From: Gemmatimonadota bacterium
Lineage (GTDB): Bacteria > Gemmatimonadota > Gemmatimonadetes > Gemmatimonadales > GWC2-71-9
NCBI GenBank assembly: GCA_043751835.1
Contig: JAYUZK010000009.1
Span: forward strand, 1 to 32,768
Direction of reading: 5' to 3'
DNA length: 32,768 bases
In this document: positions 1 to 12,028 of the stretch, piece by piece
How positions within the stretch are numbered: the first letter of the stretch is position 1
Layout: each line of letters opens with the position of its first letter
The notes under the pieces: generated by a model
What the model saw: only the letters and a program-made list of their open reading frames with translations
What the model was told of the DNA's origin: nothing
Database searches by the model: none
Made by a program: the position numbers and the translations under genes

Positions 1-434
1 GCCATCCGGGCGTGCCAGTGTTCCGGAGAGGCGATGACGACGCCGTGAATGTCTTTCCGGCCGAGGAGCGCGCGGTAGTCGGCGTAGTAGGTCTCGACCG
101 TACCGGCGCCCTGCACGGCCTCGAGCTTCTGCCGGGCCGCGTCGAGCCTGGGACGACAGAGATCCGCAAGCGCCACCACCCGCACCGCCGCCCGCCCGTC
201 CTTCCCGATCGTCGCGAACGACTCGACATGGCCGGTCCCCATGCCCCCGGTTCCGATGACGCCGATGTTAAGGGGCTCGTCTCCCGAGACGGCCGGTCGA
301 GTTGCGGCACGGGGAACCGGCGCCGCGAGGGCCGCGGCGATCCCTTCGTTGGTCCGGGCAAGGGAGAGCACTCCGGTGCCCACGGCAGCCCGGGTGGTGC
401 GGGCGAGAAAGTCCCGGCGGGTGGTGTCGGTCAT
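1..434 (-). CDS. Gfo/Idh/MocA family oxidoreductase, TAT-exported (N-terminal part; C-terminus lies off the window)
   Basis: The minus-strand frame is open from the window edge to the ATG at 434-432. My own translation starts [26 protein letters not shown] (twin-arginine signal). It continues with [14 protein letters not shown] (Rossmann dinucleotide motif) and [10 protein letters not shown], typical of the family. It is absent from the ORF track because it runs off the edge. Its start overlaps the upstream gene's stop by 4 nt (ATGA). Confidence 0.8.
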   Translation of the reverse strand, partial: MTDTTRRDFLARTTRAAVGTGVLSLARTNEGIAAALAAPVPRAATRPAVSGDEPLNIGVIGTGGMGTGHVESFATIGKDGRAAVRVVALADLCRPRLDAARQKLEAVQGAGTVETYYADYRALLGRKDIHGVVIASPEHWHARM

Positions 435-1306
435 GAGGCCAGCTCGGTCTGGAGTCGCTGGAGAAGACGAAGTGTTCCGGTAATGCCCTGCCGTTCGGTC
501 AGGCGATCACCCTCATACTCGATGCCGATCCAGGAATGGAAGTTGGCGTCGAGCACGATCCGCATCAGGCGGCGGTAGTCCTTGGTGGTCTCGTTCCCGA
601 AGCCGTCGAAATCATGAGACTTGGCGCTCACCGCTTTGGCGAACGGCATCATCTCCTGGACTCCCTGGTAGCGATCGTACTCGTAGAAGTTCCCGAAATC
701 GGGCAGGGTGCCGCAGCGGGGGTGGTTCACCAGCCGCATCACCCCGGCCAGCCAGTCGCCGTGAGACGAGAGCCCGCCATGATTCTCGACGATCACGTTC
801 AGGTCCAGCGGCGCGGCCAGTTCGGTGAGGCGCCGGAGGCCGTCGGCCGCGAGTTTCTGCTGCTCCTCGGCGGACCCGGCGCTCTGGGCGTTGACCCGGA
901 TCGTCACGCAACCGAGCGTCTTGGCGGCCTCGAGCCACTTCTTGTGATTTTCGACGGCTTCTGTTCGCTTGGTCTCGTCGGGGTCGCCGAGGTTCCCTTC
1001 GCCGTCGCACATGATGAGATGCTGGAAGACTCCTTCGCCATTCGCTCGACGGTTCATCTCCGCGAGATAGGTGGCGTCGCGGGCGCGATCCTTGAAAAAG
1101 GCGTTCACGTACTCGATGGCGTCGATCCCGTAGTCGCGCCGCGCGATTGCCGCGAAGTCGAGATGGTCGATCTCTTTGGCGAATAGGGCTTTGTGGAACG
1201 ACCACTGGGCGAGCGAGATCTTGAACGGGACCGGAACCCTCCTGCGGGCCAGGGAGGGCACGGCGAGGGCGGCGGCGGTGCCGGCGAGGAAGTCACGACG
1301 GTGCAT
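431..1306 (-). CDS. Sugar phosphate isomerase/epimerase (xylose isomerase-like TIM barrel), TAT signal
   Basis: ORF 431..1336 (-). I prefer the internal start [20 protein letters not shown] (twin-arginine motif). The body (ISLAQWSF..., IEYVN, IVENHGG, IGIEYEG) is typical of the AP-endonuclease-2/xylose-isomerase-like TIM barrel fold. Confidence 0.85.
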   Translation of the reverse strand: MHRRDFLAGTAAALAVPSLARRRVPVPFKISLAQWSFHKALFAKEIDHLDFAAIARRDYGIDAIEYVNAFFKDRARDATYLAEMNRRANGEGVFQHLIMCDGEGNLGDPDETKRTEAVENHKKWLEAAKTLGCVTIRVNAQSAGSAEEQQKLAADGLRRLTELAAPLDLNVIVENHGGLSSHGDWLAGVMRLVNHPRCGTLPDFGNFYEYDRYQGVQEMMPFAKAVSAKSHDFDGFGNETTKDYRRLMRIVLDANFHSWIGIEYEGDRLTERQGITGTLRLLQRLQTELAS

Positions 1307-1373
1307 TCGGGGCGATCCGGGTCGGTTTCGCCCCAATACTACCGCGAGACCCTACCGGGCGCGACCGCTGGTT

Positions 1374-2870
1374 CTACCGGGGCAACCGCACGAGCCGGGT
1401 GCCCTCGAACCGCAGCGCCTCGACGGTGCCGCCGGCGCCGATCTCGAAGGTGACCAGGGCGGTTCCCTGCCAGAGGTTGTCCCAGTGGGCCCGGAAGGTA
1501 TCGAGATGCCAGTGCTCCAGTGTGGCGTGGATCTGGGAACTCTGGCGGAGCCCGAGGACGCCATGGTCCTCCGTGATCTCGATTCGCCCGATCAGGGAGT
1601 CCGCATAGGTGCCGGTGTAGGCGCCAAGCGGCAGCGACGGCTTGGTGCCCGTAATCCGCTGCCGCTCCTCCTGCGCTCGGGCGCTGTCGGACTGGGCGTT
1701 CAATTCGCGATAGAGTCCCAGCAATTCCGTGCTCCAGTCCCGCTCCGGGACTCCGAGCCAGGTGTCGAAGGCCCGGTACATGAGGGCATGCCGGGCTTCG
1801 ACGTGGTCGAGATTGGCCAGGACATACACGCCGAGACGCTGCTCAGGAATCAGGCCGATGATCGCCACCATGCCGTCGATGCTGCCGGTATGGAACTGGA
1901 CCATCTGGCCCCGATAGTCCTGCTGGAACCACCCCATGCCATAGGTCTTCCAGTGCGGCTTGGTGAGCCGCTGGGATGGATAGAACTCGGAATTCGGGAC
2001 CATGGTCTGCGGCTTGAACAGCTCGGCCCAGGTCGCCGGCTGGAGCAAGGGCCGGCCGTCGACCCGGCCCGAATCGATCATGAAGCCGGCCCATTTTGCC
2101 ATGTCCGTCACGCTTGACCAGATCGAACCCGCGGGGGCGACGGGATCGACGGCTGCGTTGCTGATCACGCGGGGGACGCCGCCGATCCGGAAATGGGGTG
2201 AGGCCACGTTTGGTTTCCCAGCCGTTCCGGCAAGGGTAGCCACCGTTCCGGTCATGCCAAGCGGCCCGAAGATCCGGGTCTCGATGAACCGTTCCCATGA
2301 CATGCCGCTCGCGGCGGCGACCACGGCGCCGGCCGTCGCGTACATGATGTTCTGATAGATGAACCCCGACCGGAAGGAGTAGGCCATCGGAATGAACCGG
2401 GCCCGGCGGAGCACCTCGGCCGAGGCGTTGTCGTTGCGGTACCAGAGGACATCTCCGTTGGCCAATCCGGCCCGGTGGGTGAGGAGATCCCGTACCGTCA
2501 CCTCCCGGGTGACGTAAGGATCACCGAGCTCGAAGCCGGGCAGATACTTCGTCACCGGGTCGTCCCACCGGACCTTCCCCTCGTCCACCAGCATGCCGAT
2601 CGCGGCGGCGGTCATTGCCTTGGTGGTCGACCCGATGGCAAAAAGCGTGTTGGCGTCCGCGGTCTCGAGCTTGCCGAGTTCGCGGAGCCCGTAGCCCTTG
2701 GCGAAAACGGTCTTGCCATCCTTCACTACCGCGACGGCAAGGCCGACGGCGCCCCAATCCTTGACCGCCTGGGCGGTGTAGGCGTCGAATGCGGCCACCT
2801 TGGGGTCTGGGGTCTGAGCGGCGGCGGCGGCGGCCGTCCCGAGGAGGAGGAGGGCAAGAAGCGTTTTCAT
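1374..2870 (-). CDS. Secreted serine hydrolase, beta-lactamase/PBP-like family with C-terminal beta-sandwich extension
   Basis: ORF 1374..2909 (-). The likely start is MKTLLALLLLGTAAAAAAQ (signal peptide). An SxxK motif is present (GSTTKAMTAAAIG), and the length and composition fit class-C-like esterases/peptidases. Confidence 0.85.
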   Translation of the reverse strand: MKTLLALLLLGTAAAAAAQTPDPKVAAFDAYTAQAVKDWGAVGLAVAVVKDGKTVFAKGYGLRELGKLETADANTLFAIGSTTKAMTAAAIGMLVDEGKVRWDDPVTKYLPGFELGDPYVTREVTVRDLLTHRAGLANGDVLWYRNDNASAEVLRRARFIPMAYSFRSGFIYQNIMYATAGAVVAAASGMSWERFIETRIFGPLGMTGTVATLAGTAGKPNVASPHFRIGGVPRVISNAAVDPVAPAGSIWSSVTDMAKWAGFMIDSGRVDGRPLLQPATWAELFKPQTMVPNSEFYPSQRLTKPHWKTYGMGWFQQDYRGQMVQFHTGSIDGMVAIIGLIPEQRLGVYVLANLDHVEARHALMYRAFDTWLGVPERDWSTELLGLYRELNAQSDSARAQEERQRITGTKPSLPLGAYTGTYADSLIGRIEITEDHGVLGLRQSSQIHATLEHWHLDTFRAHWDNLWQGTALVTFEIGAGGTVEALRFEGTRLVRLPR

Positions 2871-2981
2871 GGGCTGGCCGATTGAAGGAGTTTCGGGGGA
2901 CCAGACCAAACCTAAGCGTGGCCGTTGCGGTCATCGCTCAGTGGGCTAGCTTCCCTCTGCCCTCACAAAATACTTCGGCCA

Positions 2982-4244
2982 ATGCCCAAACGTCTCGGAG
3001 TCGGTTTCATCGGCAGCGGGTTCAACGCTCGCTTCCACATGCTCTCCTGGCAGGGAGTCCGCGATGCGGACGTCCTTGGCGTCTGGAGTCCCAACCGCAA
3101 GAATGCCGACAGCGCGGCCCGGTACGCCCGGTCGCTCGATGTCGGCGAATGCCGTCCTTACCGGTCCATCGCCGAGATGGTGGCCGATCCGCGGATCGAC
3201 GCGATCTGGCTGTCGGGCCCGAATCAGGCCCGGATCGAGAACGTCGAGGAGATGGTCGATCCGATTCTTCGGGGACGAGCCGAACTGATCGGCGTCGCCT
3301 GCGAAAAGCCGTTGGCCCGCAATGTCGCCGAGGCAACCGAGGTGACCTCGCTGGTCAAGCGGGCCGGCCTCATGCACGGCTACCTCGAGAACCAATGCTT
3401 TTCCCCGCAGGTCGAACGGGGCCGGGAGTTGCTGTGGGCACGGGGTGCCGCGCTGACCGGCCGACCGTACCTCGCCCGAGCGGCGGAAGAGCACAGCGGA
3501 CCCCATATGCCCTGGTTCTGGCAGGGCAAGCTGCAGGGCGGCGGGGTCCTCAACGACATGATGTGTCACTCGGCGTTGGTCGTTCGCCATCTGCTCACCA
3601 AACCCGGCGACGATGTCAGTACGGTCCGTCCGGTGCGCATCACGGGGCATGTGGCGAGTCTCAAATGGACTCGGCCGGAGTACGCCCGCCGCCTGACGAA
3701 GGCGATGGGGCCCGAGGTGAACTACGCCCGGACGCCATCCGAGGACTTTGCCAGTGTGATGATCGAGTTCGAAACCGCGGACGGCTACCGGGTGTTTGGC
3801 GAAGCGACCACGTCGTGGAGCTTTGTCGGGGCGGGCCTCAGGCTCTCGGCCGAGCTGCTGGGTCCTGAGTACTCGATGTCGTGGAATACGCTCGACAGCG
3901 GCCTCAAGCTGTTCTTCAGCCGGGAGGTGCAGGGTCGAGCCGGTGAGGATCTGGTGGAAAAGCAGAACGCGGAAATTGGTTTGATGCCGGTGGTGGCACA
4001 GGAGGCGGTCGCCTACGGTTACGAGGGCGAGAACCGGCATTTCGTCCGGGCGTTTCTTGGCAAGGAAAAGCCCATGCTGACCTTCGATCACGGGCTTGAT
4101 GTCGTCCGTGTGCTGATGACGGCCTATCAGAGTGCCGAGCAGGGACGGACGGTAGAATTTCCGCCGCCCGGGATCGGCAAGTTCGTGCCCGACGTCGCCA
4201 AGCGAGGCGCGAAGCTCCCGAGGGCACGCACCAGGAAGAGTTGA
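2982..4244 (+). CDS. Gfo/Idh/MocA family oxidoreductase (cytoplasmic)
   Basis: ORF 2925..4244 (+). The start is chosen at MPKRLGVGFIGSGFNARFH, where the Rossmann GxGxxA/G motif lies directly at the N-terminus. The CEKPLA motif is typical of the family. There is no signal peptide. Confidence 0.85.
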   Translation: MPKRLGVGFIGSGFNARFHMLSWQGVRDADVLGVWSPNRKNADSAARYARSLDVGECRPYRSIAEMVADPRIDAIWLSGPNQARIENVEEMVDPILRGRAELIGVACEKPLARNVAEATEVTSLVKRAGLMHGYLENQCFSPQVERGRELLWARGAALTGRPYLARAAEEHSGPHMPWFWQGKLQGGGVLNDMMCHSALVVRHLLTKPGDDVSTVRPVRITGHVASLKWTRPEYARRLTKAMGPEVNYARTPSEDFASVMIEFETADGYRVFGEATTSWSFVGAGLRLSAELLGPEYSMSWNTLDSGLKLFFSREVQGRAGEDLVEKQNAEIGLMPVVAQEAVAYGYEGENRHFVRAFLGKEKPMLTFDHGLDVVRVLMTAYQSAEQGRTVEFPPPGIGKFVPDVAKRGAKLPRARTRKS

Positions 4245-4284
4245 CGTGGTCCCCACACCCCGGAGGTCGGCGGTGACTGGCAAG

Positions 4285-5541
4285 ATGGGACGCCTTTCGG
4301 TCATGATGTTTCTCCAGTATGCCGTCTGGGGCGCCTGGCTTCCCCTGGCCGGTCGCTATCTCTCCGCTCCGGCGGCGACGGGCGGGCTGGGCTTCACGGG
4401 CGGTCAGATCGGGCTCATCCTCGGCCTCGCGGGATCGATCGGCGCCATTGCCTCCCCGTTCATCGCCGGACAGTTGGCTGACCGGTATTTCAGCACCGAG
4501 CGGTTTCTCGCCTCGCTGCTGGTGGTCGGCGGGGTCATCAAATGGGTGACCGCCGGGCAGACCGGGTACCCGGCGTGGCTGCTTCTGTCGATCCTCTACG
4601 GCGTCGTCTACATGCCCACGCTCGCCCTCTCCAATTCAATGGCGTTTGCCCACCTCGACAAACGGGATCAGCAGTTCCCGAAGGTCCGGGTCTGGGGCAC
4701 GATCGGCTGGATCGCCGTGAGCTGGATCTTTCCGATGCTGTACCTTCAAACCCACCTCCACTTCCAGTGGATGCCGCCGTTTCTGGTCGGCCCCGAAAAA
4801 GCCAACGTGACGGCTCACTTGGCGGACTCGCTGCGGTTTTCAGCCGTGATTTCATGGGGCTACGCGATGTTCTGCCTGTTCCTTCCGCATACGCCGCCCA
4901 AGCGCGATGCCGTCGAAAAGCTCGCTTTCGTCAAAGCCTTCCGGCTCCTCAAGGAACCATCGTTCGCGGTCCTGGTGGCGGCCAGTCTGCCGATCAGCAT
5001 CATTCACCAGATCTATTTCATTCAGACGCCTCCGTTCCTGTCCCACCTTGGGCTGCTGGACAGCCAGATCGGACCGGCGATGACGATCGGCCAGTTCAGC
5101 GAAATCGCTATCATGGCGATGCTGGGCTGGATGCTGGTCCGCTTCGGGTTCCGGACCGTCATCACTCTTGGCGCGTTCGCCTATTTCGTTCGTTATTTCC
5201 TCTGGAGCCTTCCGGGACTGCCCCCCTCGGTTCAGGTGGCGACCCAGGCGCTCCACGGGATCTGCTACGCCTGCTTCTTCGCCGGTGGTTTCATCTATGC
5301 CGACCGGGTCGCGCCGGCTGACATCCGCCACTCGGTACAGACCGTCTTCGGTATTGTCATCCTTGGCGGCGGACCGGTGCTCGGCGGCATTTTGTCCGGG
5401 TGGCTGGCCGATCATTACGCTGCCTCGGCTGGCGGGGTCGACTTTGCCGCACTGTGGAGGGTCACAGCCATGATCGGTCTCGCCACGGCCGTCCTGTTCT
5501 ATCTCTTCTTCCGCGAGCGCCGCGCGGAGACCGCGACATAG
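4285..5541 (+). CDS. MFS transporter, nucleoside:H+ symporter (NHS)-like family
   Basis: ORF 4246..5541 (+). The ATG at 4285 gives MGRLSVMMFLQYAVWGAWLPLAGRYL, which matches the NupG/XapB-type N-terminus (xxLKxxSFLQYxxWGSWL). The protein is hydrophobic throughout, with about 12 predicted TM segments. Confidence 0.85.
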   Translation: MGRLSVMMFLQYAVWGAWLPLAGRYLSAPAATGGLGFTGGQIGLILGLAGSIGAIASPFIAGQLADRYFSTERFLASLLVVGGVIKWVTAGQTGYPAWLLLSILYGVVYMPTLALSNSMAFAHLDKRDQQFPKVRVWGTIGWIAVSWIFPMLYLQTHLHFQWMPPFLVGPEKANVTAHLADSLRFSAVISWGYAMFCLFLPHTPPKRDAVEKLAFVKAFRLLKEPSFAVLVAASLPISIIHQIYFIQTPPFLSHLGLLDSQIGPAMTIGQFSEIAIMAMLGWMLVRFGFRTVITLGAFAYFVRYFLWSLPGLPPSVQVATQALHGICYACFFAGGFIYADRVAPADIRHSVQTVFGIVILGGGPVLGGILSGWLADHYAASAGGVDFAALWRVTAMIGLATAVLFYLFFRERRAETAT

Positions 5542-5576
5542 CGACCGCCGAGTTGGCAAGGCGGGCGTTTACCTTT

Positions 5577-7796
5577 ATGCCGGTGCCTAACCTCTGCTGG
5601 TGGCTCAAAATCGTCCGGGGTCTCCGGGCCAATTCTCCGGTCGGCCTCTGGCTGGCCGGCGCGGCGTTGCCGCTCGCCGCCGGACGACCGCTGACGGCCC
5701 AGATCCAATCCGGCACCTTGGTCGTTACGGTGCGGCGGGAGGATTCGACCCTGCTGCGGGGCGCGTTTGTTCGCGCCGATCGGATCGGTGCCACGACCGA
5801 CGCCGCGGGGTTGGCCCGCCTCGAACTCCCGGCCCGGTTGGTAACCATCGCGGTCTCCCATCCTGGATATGTGCCCCGGGTTTTTGAAATCACGATCCTG
5901 CCGGCGCTGTCCCAACGGTTCGATCTCTTGCTGGAACGGGAAACCGCCGCAACGCGACGGGTCTACACCGGCCGAACCATCGACAGCGCCGGCGGGTCGC
6001 CGCGTCAGGTCCAAACCCTCGGCTCAGATGATCTCGACCTCGGCACCCAGATCCACCCCACTGATCTCACCCGTCTTATCCCGGCCGAATGGGGAGTTCG
6101 AGCCCAGCAGCAATCCGGGTCGCTCGATGGTACCCGGCTCCGCCTTGGAGGTTTGAGAGGTCAGTACACCGGAATCCTGGTCGACGGCTTGCCACTGCTG
6201 GGCCAGCAGCCGGGGGCGTTCGGCGCCCTGCATCTCGCCCCGTTCGAGTTCAGTCAAGCGGAACTGCTGTCGGGCGCGGCTGGAGCCATCTACGGGCCCG
6301 GGGCGGCCGCGGGGGTCATTAACCTCATTTCTCGTCGCCCGGAGCGCGATCAGGCCCGCCTCGGGATCAACCAGTCCTCGGAAAAGGGCGGGGACGTGAT
6401 GTTTTGGGGGGGCCGGCGTCAGTCGGCGACCGTGAGCGGATCATTGACCGCGAGTCTGCACCAGCAGCGCCTCGTCGATTCCGATGATGACGGCTGGGGC
6501 GAGTTTCCGAGAGCTATCAGCGTGGCGGTTCGGCCCCGCGTCTTCATCGAGCGCCCGAACGGTGATGCCCTGACCGGGACGGTTGGCTTCCTCTCGGAGG
6601 AGCGAGCCGGCGGCTATATCTCGACCAGCAATGGTGCCGATCTGTATCGAGAGGGGCGGCAGACGCAGCAAGCCGACGGTGCCGTGACGGCTTCGAAGAA
6701 CCTCGGCGGCGGCGCCACGCTTCGGTTCAACCTGACCACTGTGTTTCAGACCAACACGCACAAATTCGATGAGCGCCGGGAACGGGACCGCCGCGAGATG
6801 GTGGCGGGAGATGTCGCGTTGCTTCGTCCGATGGGGCCGGGACTCCTGGTCTTCGGCATCGGTTACTGGCATGACGCGTTCCGCGAACGCGATCTCCCCC
6901 TCTTCGACTATACGGCCAGCGTTCCCGGCGTGTTCGCCGAGCTTTCGGCCCCGCTTGGGGAACGAGTTCGTGCCGTGGTGGCGGGCCGGTGCGACCAGCA
7001 CAACGTGCACGGCCTGCAGTGCGTTCCTCGGCTTGATCTGCGGTATCGATCGGCGGCCGGGATCGATGTCTCGGCGTACGGCGGCCTCAGCTATACCTCG
7101 CCGATTCCGCTGACCGACGAGGTCGAGACCCTTGGCCTCGCTGGAACCGCTCCAGTCGGTCTCAAGGCCGAGCGGCTCGGCTCGGCGGGCTTCGTGGTGG
7201 AGCGTCAGTCCAGGCGATGGGACATCCGGATCGCCACGGGCTATGACCGGATCGGCCTTCCGCTTCGCCTGGTCCCTCTCGCCGGCGACCCGGCGAGCCG
7301 GCTTCGGTTGCTCAACGTGCTGGAGCCGACGCGGGTCTTTTCGGCCTCGCTGGTGGTCGGCTACCGTTCGGGCCGCGTCTCGGTCCGATCGTTCTACCGA
7401 TTTCAGGACGCCACCGAAGGAGTTCCGGAATCGGCCGGGCGGCGCCAGTCTGACCTGACGCCTCGCCACCAACTCGGCGCCACGCTCAACTGGCGTGCCC
7501 CGACCGGCGCGGGTACCGAGATCCAGGTCGAGGGGATCTACGTTGGTAGACAGGCCCTCACCGACAATCCATTTCGGGCTTATTCGCCTGTCTACTCGCT
7601 TGGGAACGCACTGATTTCGCAGCGGTCGGGGCGGGCTCGGATCTATCTCAGCGCGGAAAATCTGTTCGACAAGAAGCTGCGAGCGTACGAGCCCGTGGTA
7701 TTTCCGGTCCCAGGGCTTGCTGGTCGCCGCACAGCCTCGCCGTGGGTGCCCGTTCGGGGACGGGAGATCAGTCTCGGCGCAATAGTTGACTGGTAG
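5577..7796 (+). CDS. TonB-dependent outer-membrane receptor with N-terminal carboxypeptidase-regulatory-like domain
   Basis: ORF 5400..7796 (+). The start is trimmed to MPVPNL..., after the MFS stop, followed by signal-like LWLAGAALPLAAGRPLTAQ. Plug-like motifs are LRLGGLRGQYTGILVDGLPL and GAAAGVINLISRRP. A long beta-barrel-like region follows, with a C-terminal aromatic residue (..AIVDW). Confidence 0.75.
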   Translation: MPVPNLCWWLKIVRGLRANSPVGLWLAGAALPLAAGRPLTAQIQSGTLVVTVRREDSTLLRGAFVRADRIGATTDAAGLARLELPARLVTIAVSHPGYVPRVFEITILPALSQRFDLLLERETAATRRVYTGRTIDSAGGSPRQVQTLGSDDLDLGTQIHPTDLTRLIPAEWGVRAQQQSGSLDGTRLRLGGLRGQYTGILVDGLPLLGQQPGAFGALHLAPFEFSQAELLSGAAGAIYGPGAAAGVINLISRRPERDQARLGINQSSEKGGDVMFWGGRRQSATVSGSLTASLHQQRLVDSDDDGWGEFPRAISVAVRPRVFIERPNGDALTGTVGFLSEERAGGYISTSNGADLYREGRQTQQADGAVTASKNLGGGATLRFNLTTVFQTNTHKFDERRERDRREMVAGDVALLRPMGPGLLVFGIGYWHDAFRERDLPLFDYTASVPGVFAELSAPLGERVRAVVAGRCDQHNVHGLQCVPRLDLRYRSAAGIDVSAYGGLSYTSPIPLTDEVETLGLAGTAPVGLKAERLGSAGFVVERQSRRWDIRIATGYDRIGLPLRLVPLAGDPASRLRLLNVLEPTRVFSASLVVGYRSGRVSVRSFYRFQDATEGVPESAGRRQSDLTPRHQLGATLNWRAPTGAGTEIQVEGIYVGRQALTDNPFRAYSPVYSLGNALISQRSGRARIYLSAENLFDKKLRAYEPVVFPVPGLAGRRTASPWVPVRGREISLGAIVDW

Positions 7797-7805
7797 ACGT
7801 CCTTC

Positions 7806-9776
<1,971 letters not shown>

Positions 9777-9815
9777 GGACGGCAGCGATGAATCTCATGC
9801 CCGGGGTTGGGCCGG

Positions 9816-11831
9816 TCAAGGACGACGGCGCTTGGCGACCTCCTTCTTGGCGTCTTCGTGGCCCTGCACGGCGGCACGATCCAGCCACTGAAGTCCGACC
9901 TCTTCGTCTTTGGCCAGACCGCCCCGGCCCCGGATGTACATCATGCCAAACTGATATTCGGCTCCCGGGTGGCCCTGTTCGGCAGCCTTGCTGAACCATT
10001 TCGCCGCTTCCTGCTCGTTCTTCTCGACACCGCGCCCGCGGGTGAACATCTCGCCGAGGTTGTACTGGGCCGCCCGGTTACCCGCTTCGGCAGCGCGGCG
10101 ATACCAATTGGCGGCGTCCTGATCGCTCCGCTTGGTGCCAAGACCCTGTTCGAATCGTTCCGCCAACAGGGGCCAGGCCTCTTCGACACCGCCCTCGGCC
10201 GCCTTGCGAATGAGGGCGGTCGCCTCAACGTCGTTCTGCGTGATACCGGTGCCGGTGGCGTACATCACGCCCAGGCGGAAGGTGGACTGACCGTCGCCCC
10301 CGGCAGCGGCCTTCCGATACCAGACCGCCGCCGCTGAATCCGAGCGATCGACTCCGGTGCCTTTCTGATACAGGATCGCCAGGGCCCGGCTGGCCGCCGC
10401 GCTGCCCCGATCGCCCTCCGCTCCGCACAACTTGACCGCTTCGGTCCATTTCCGGGCCGAGATGGCGATCTGGCAATTGAGGGCGGCCAACGTCGGTTCC
10501 GGCTTGGCCGCGGTCGTTGAGGCGGGCGCATCCGACTTCTTCGGGGGCGCCTTCGGAACCGCGACCGTCGGGCCAGGCGGCGGAACCACGGGTGGGCCGG
10601 GCGTGGGTCCGGCCGGGACGACGGCGCTGGGCTGCGGGGGTATGGGCGCCGGGATGGCGGTCGCCGGTCCGCCGGCGCGGTTTCGGCTCACCAGGATGGC
10701 GATGACCACGACTCCGACGGCCCCGGCCAGCGGAAGGAAGCGTCCCCCCTTTTTGGGCTCGGCCGGCCGGTCATTGGCCGCGGTCGGCCGGGGCACCGGG
10801 GCGGTGACCATCTCTGTCACCGTCGCGCCTAACGGAAGCGTGTCGGGGCCCGAAATGGCTTCGGCGAACGCCGCCATCGACGGGAACCGTTCCTTGGGAT
10901 CCTTCGCGAGCGCGCGGTCGACGGCGAACGCAACCGGGGCTGGCACGTCGGGCACCAGGTCGCGGAGACTCTTGGGGACACCGACCATCTGCTGGAACAG
11001 AACCGCCCGGGTCGACTCCCCGTCGAAGGGCAGCGAACCGGTGATCATCTGGAACCCCACCACAGCCAGCGAGTACTGATCGCTTCGATGGTCGAGATGG
11101 GTGTCGCCCGCCGCCTGCTCGGGACTCATGTAGTGAGGCGTGCCGACCAGCATGCCGGTACTCGTAAGGCCTGGCGTGGAGTCGCTGGTATCAATGGCTT
11201 TGGCGATTCCGAAATCCATCAGCTGGACCCGTCGCCCCTTGCCCTCGAGCATGATGTTTTCGGGCTTGATGTCCCGGTGCACGACGCCCGCTTCGTGGGC
11301 GGCCTCGAGGGCGTCAGCGGCTTCGAGCAGAATGCGGCCGGCTTCGCGGGCCGGTCGCGGTCCCTCCCGATGAAGGAGGGCGCGGAGGCTCTCGCCCTGG
11401 ATCAACGGCATCAGGATGTAGGCGATTCCAGCGGCCTCGCCAATGTCGTAGATCGGGACAATGTGGGGATGGCGAAGGGCCGCGACCGTTTCGGCCTCGC
11501 GCCGAAACCGGGTGAGGAGCTGCTCCGACAACATCAGGTCCGGCCGGAGGGCCTTGAGAGCGAGGTCCCGTTTGAGGCGCTTGTCGTGCACCAGAAAGAC
11601 CTCGGCGAAGCCGCCCCGTCCGATCAGCTTGCCGAGCTCGTAGTTCCCGCCGAGGGCCTGCTGAAGCCGAGCCTTGTCGGAGGTGGCAACCCGATCTGCG
11701 TTGTAAGTCTTGATCTCACCCGTATTCTTGTCGATGGCCTGCGGCGTTTGGGTGCCGCACATCATGCAGAAGGCGGCCTCCATCGGCAGGGGATGGGCGC
11801 ACGAAGGACAGGTCTTGGCGGTCGCTGACAC
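9816..11831 (-). CDS. Ser/Thr protein kinase paralog: zinc ribbon + Hanks kinase + TM + Sel1-repeat ectodomain
   Basis: Zinc ribbon CPSCAHPLPMEAAFCMMCG. Kinase motifs are GRGGFAEV, ALKAL, HRDIKPEN, DFG and SPEQ. A TM segment (FLPLAGAVGVVVIAILV) and a Pro-rich linker follow. There are at least 4 Sel1-like repeats (AAVWYRKAAAGGD, AANWYRRAAEAGN, AAKWFSKAAEQGH, GLQWLDRAAVQGH). Confidence 0.9.
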   Translation of the reverse strand: MSATAKTCPSCAHPLPMEAAFCMMCGTQTPQAIDKNTGEIKTYNADRVATSDKARLQQALGGNYELGKLIGRGGFAEVFLVHDKRLKRDLALKALRPDLMLSEQLLTRFRREAETVAALRHPHIVPIYDIGEAAGIAYILMPLIQGESLRALLHREGPRPAREAGRILLEAADALEAAHEAGVVHRDIKPENIMLEGKGRRVQLMDFGIAKAIDTSDSTPGLTSTGMLVGTPHYMSPEQAAGDTHLDHRSDQYSLAVVGFQMITGSLPFDGESTRAVLFQQMVGVPKSLRDLVPDVPAPVAFAVDRALAKDPKERFPSMAAFAEAISGPDTLPLGATVTEMVTAPVPRPTAANDRPAEPKKGGRFLPLAGAVGVVVIAILVSRNRAGGPATAIPAPIPPQPSAVVPAGPTPGPPVVPPPGPTVAVPKAPPKKSDAPASTTAAKPEPTLAALNCQIAISARKWTEAVKLCGAEGDRGSAAASRALAILYQKGTGVDRSDSAAAVWYRKAAAGGDGQSTFRLGVMYATGTGITQNDVEATALIRKAAEGGVEEAWPLLAERFEQGLGTKRSDQDAANWYRRAAEAGNRAAQYNLGEMFTRGRGVEKNEQEAAKWFSKAAEQGHPGAEYQFGMMYIRGRGGLAKDEEVGLQWLDRAAVQGHEDAKKEVAKRRRP

Positions 11832-12028
11832 GAGGGAAGTTTCCGCAGGAAGGCGAGTTACGGCAAGGGCGAGCCCCGACGACTGGCCTCGCCTCCGCTC
11901 GGGTCGATTGGCCCCAAACCGTTGTGAGAGTTATATTTATGGGCTTCCCTGACATCGGGTCAGTGCGGCAGTCGGGACCCTCAACGGCCCGGCGAATCAC
12001 TACCAACGCCCCACAACGGTCAAGCGGT

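Noticed and set aside
5400-5576. The upstream extension of the TonB-dependent receptor ORF to 5400.
   Set aside because: It overlaps the 3' end of the MFS transporter gene in another frame and is Arg-rich. The ATG at 5577 is followed by a normal signal peptide.
11832-12028. A sigma70-like promoter for efp (TTGTGA at 11922-11927 and TATATT at 11932-11937).
   Set aside because: The spacing between the two hexamers is only ~4 nt, so they cannot be a -35/-10 pair. I have no other support, so no promoter feature is reported.
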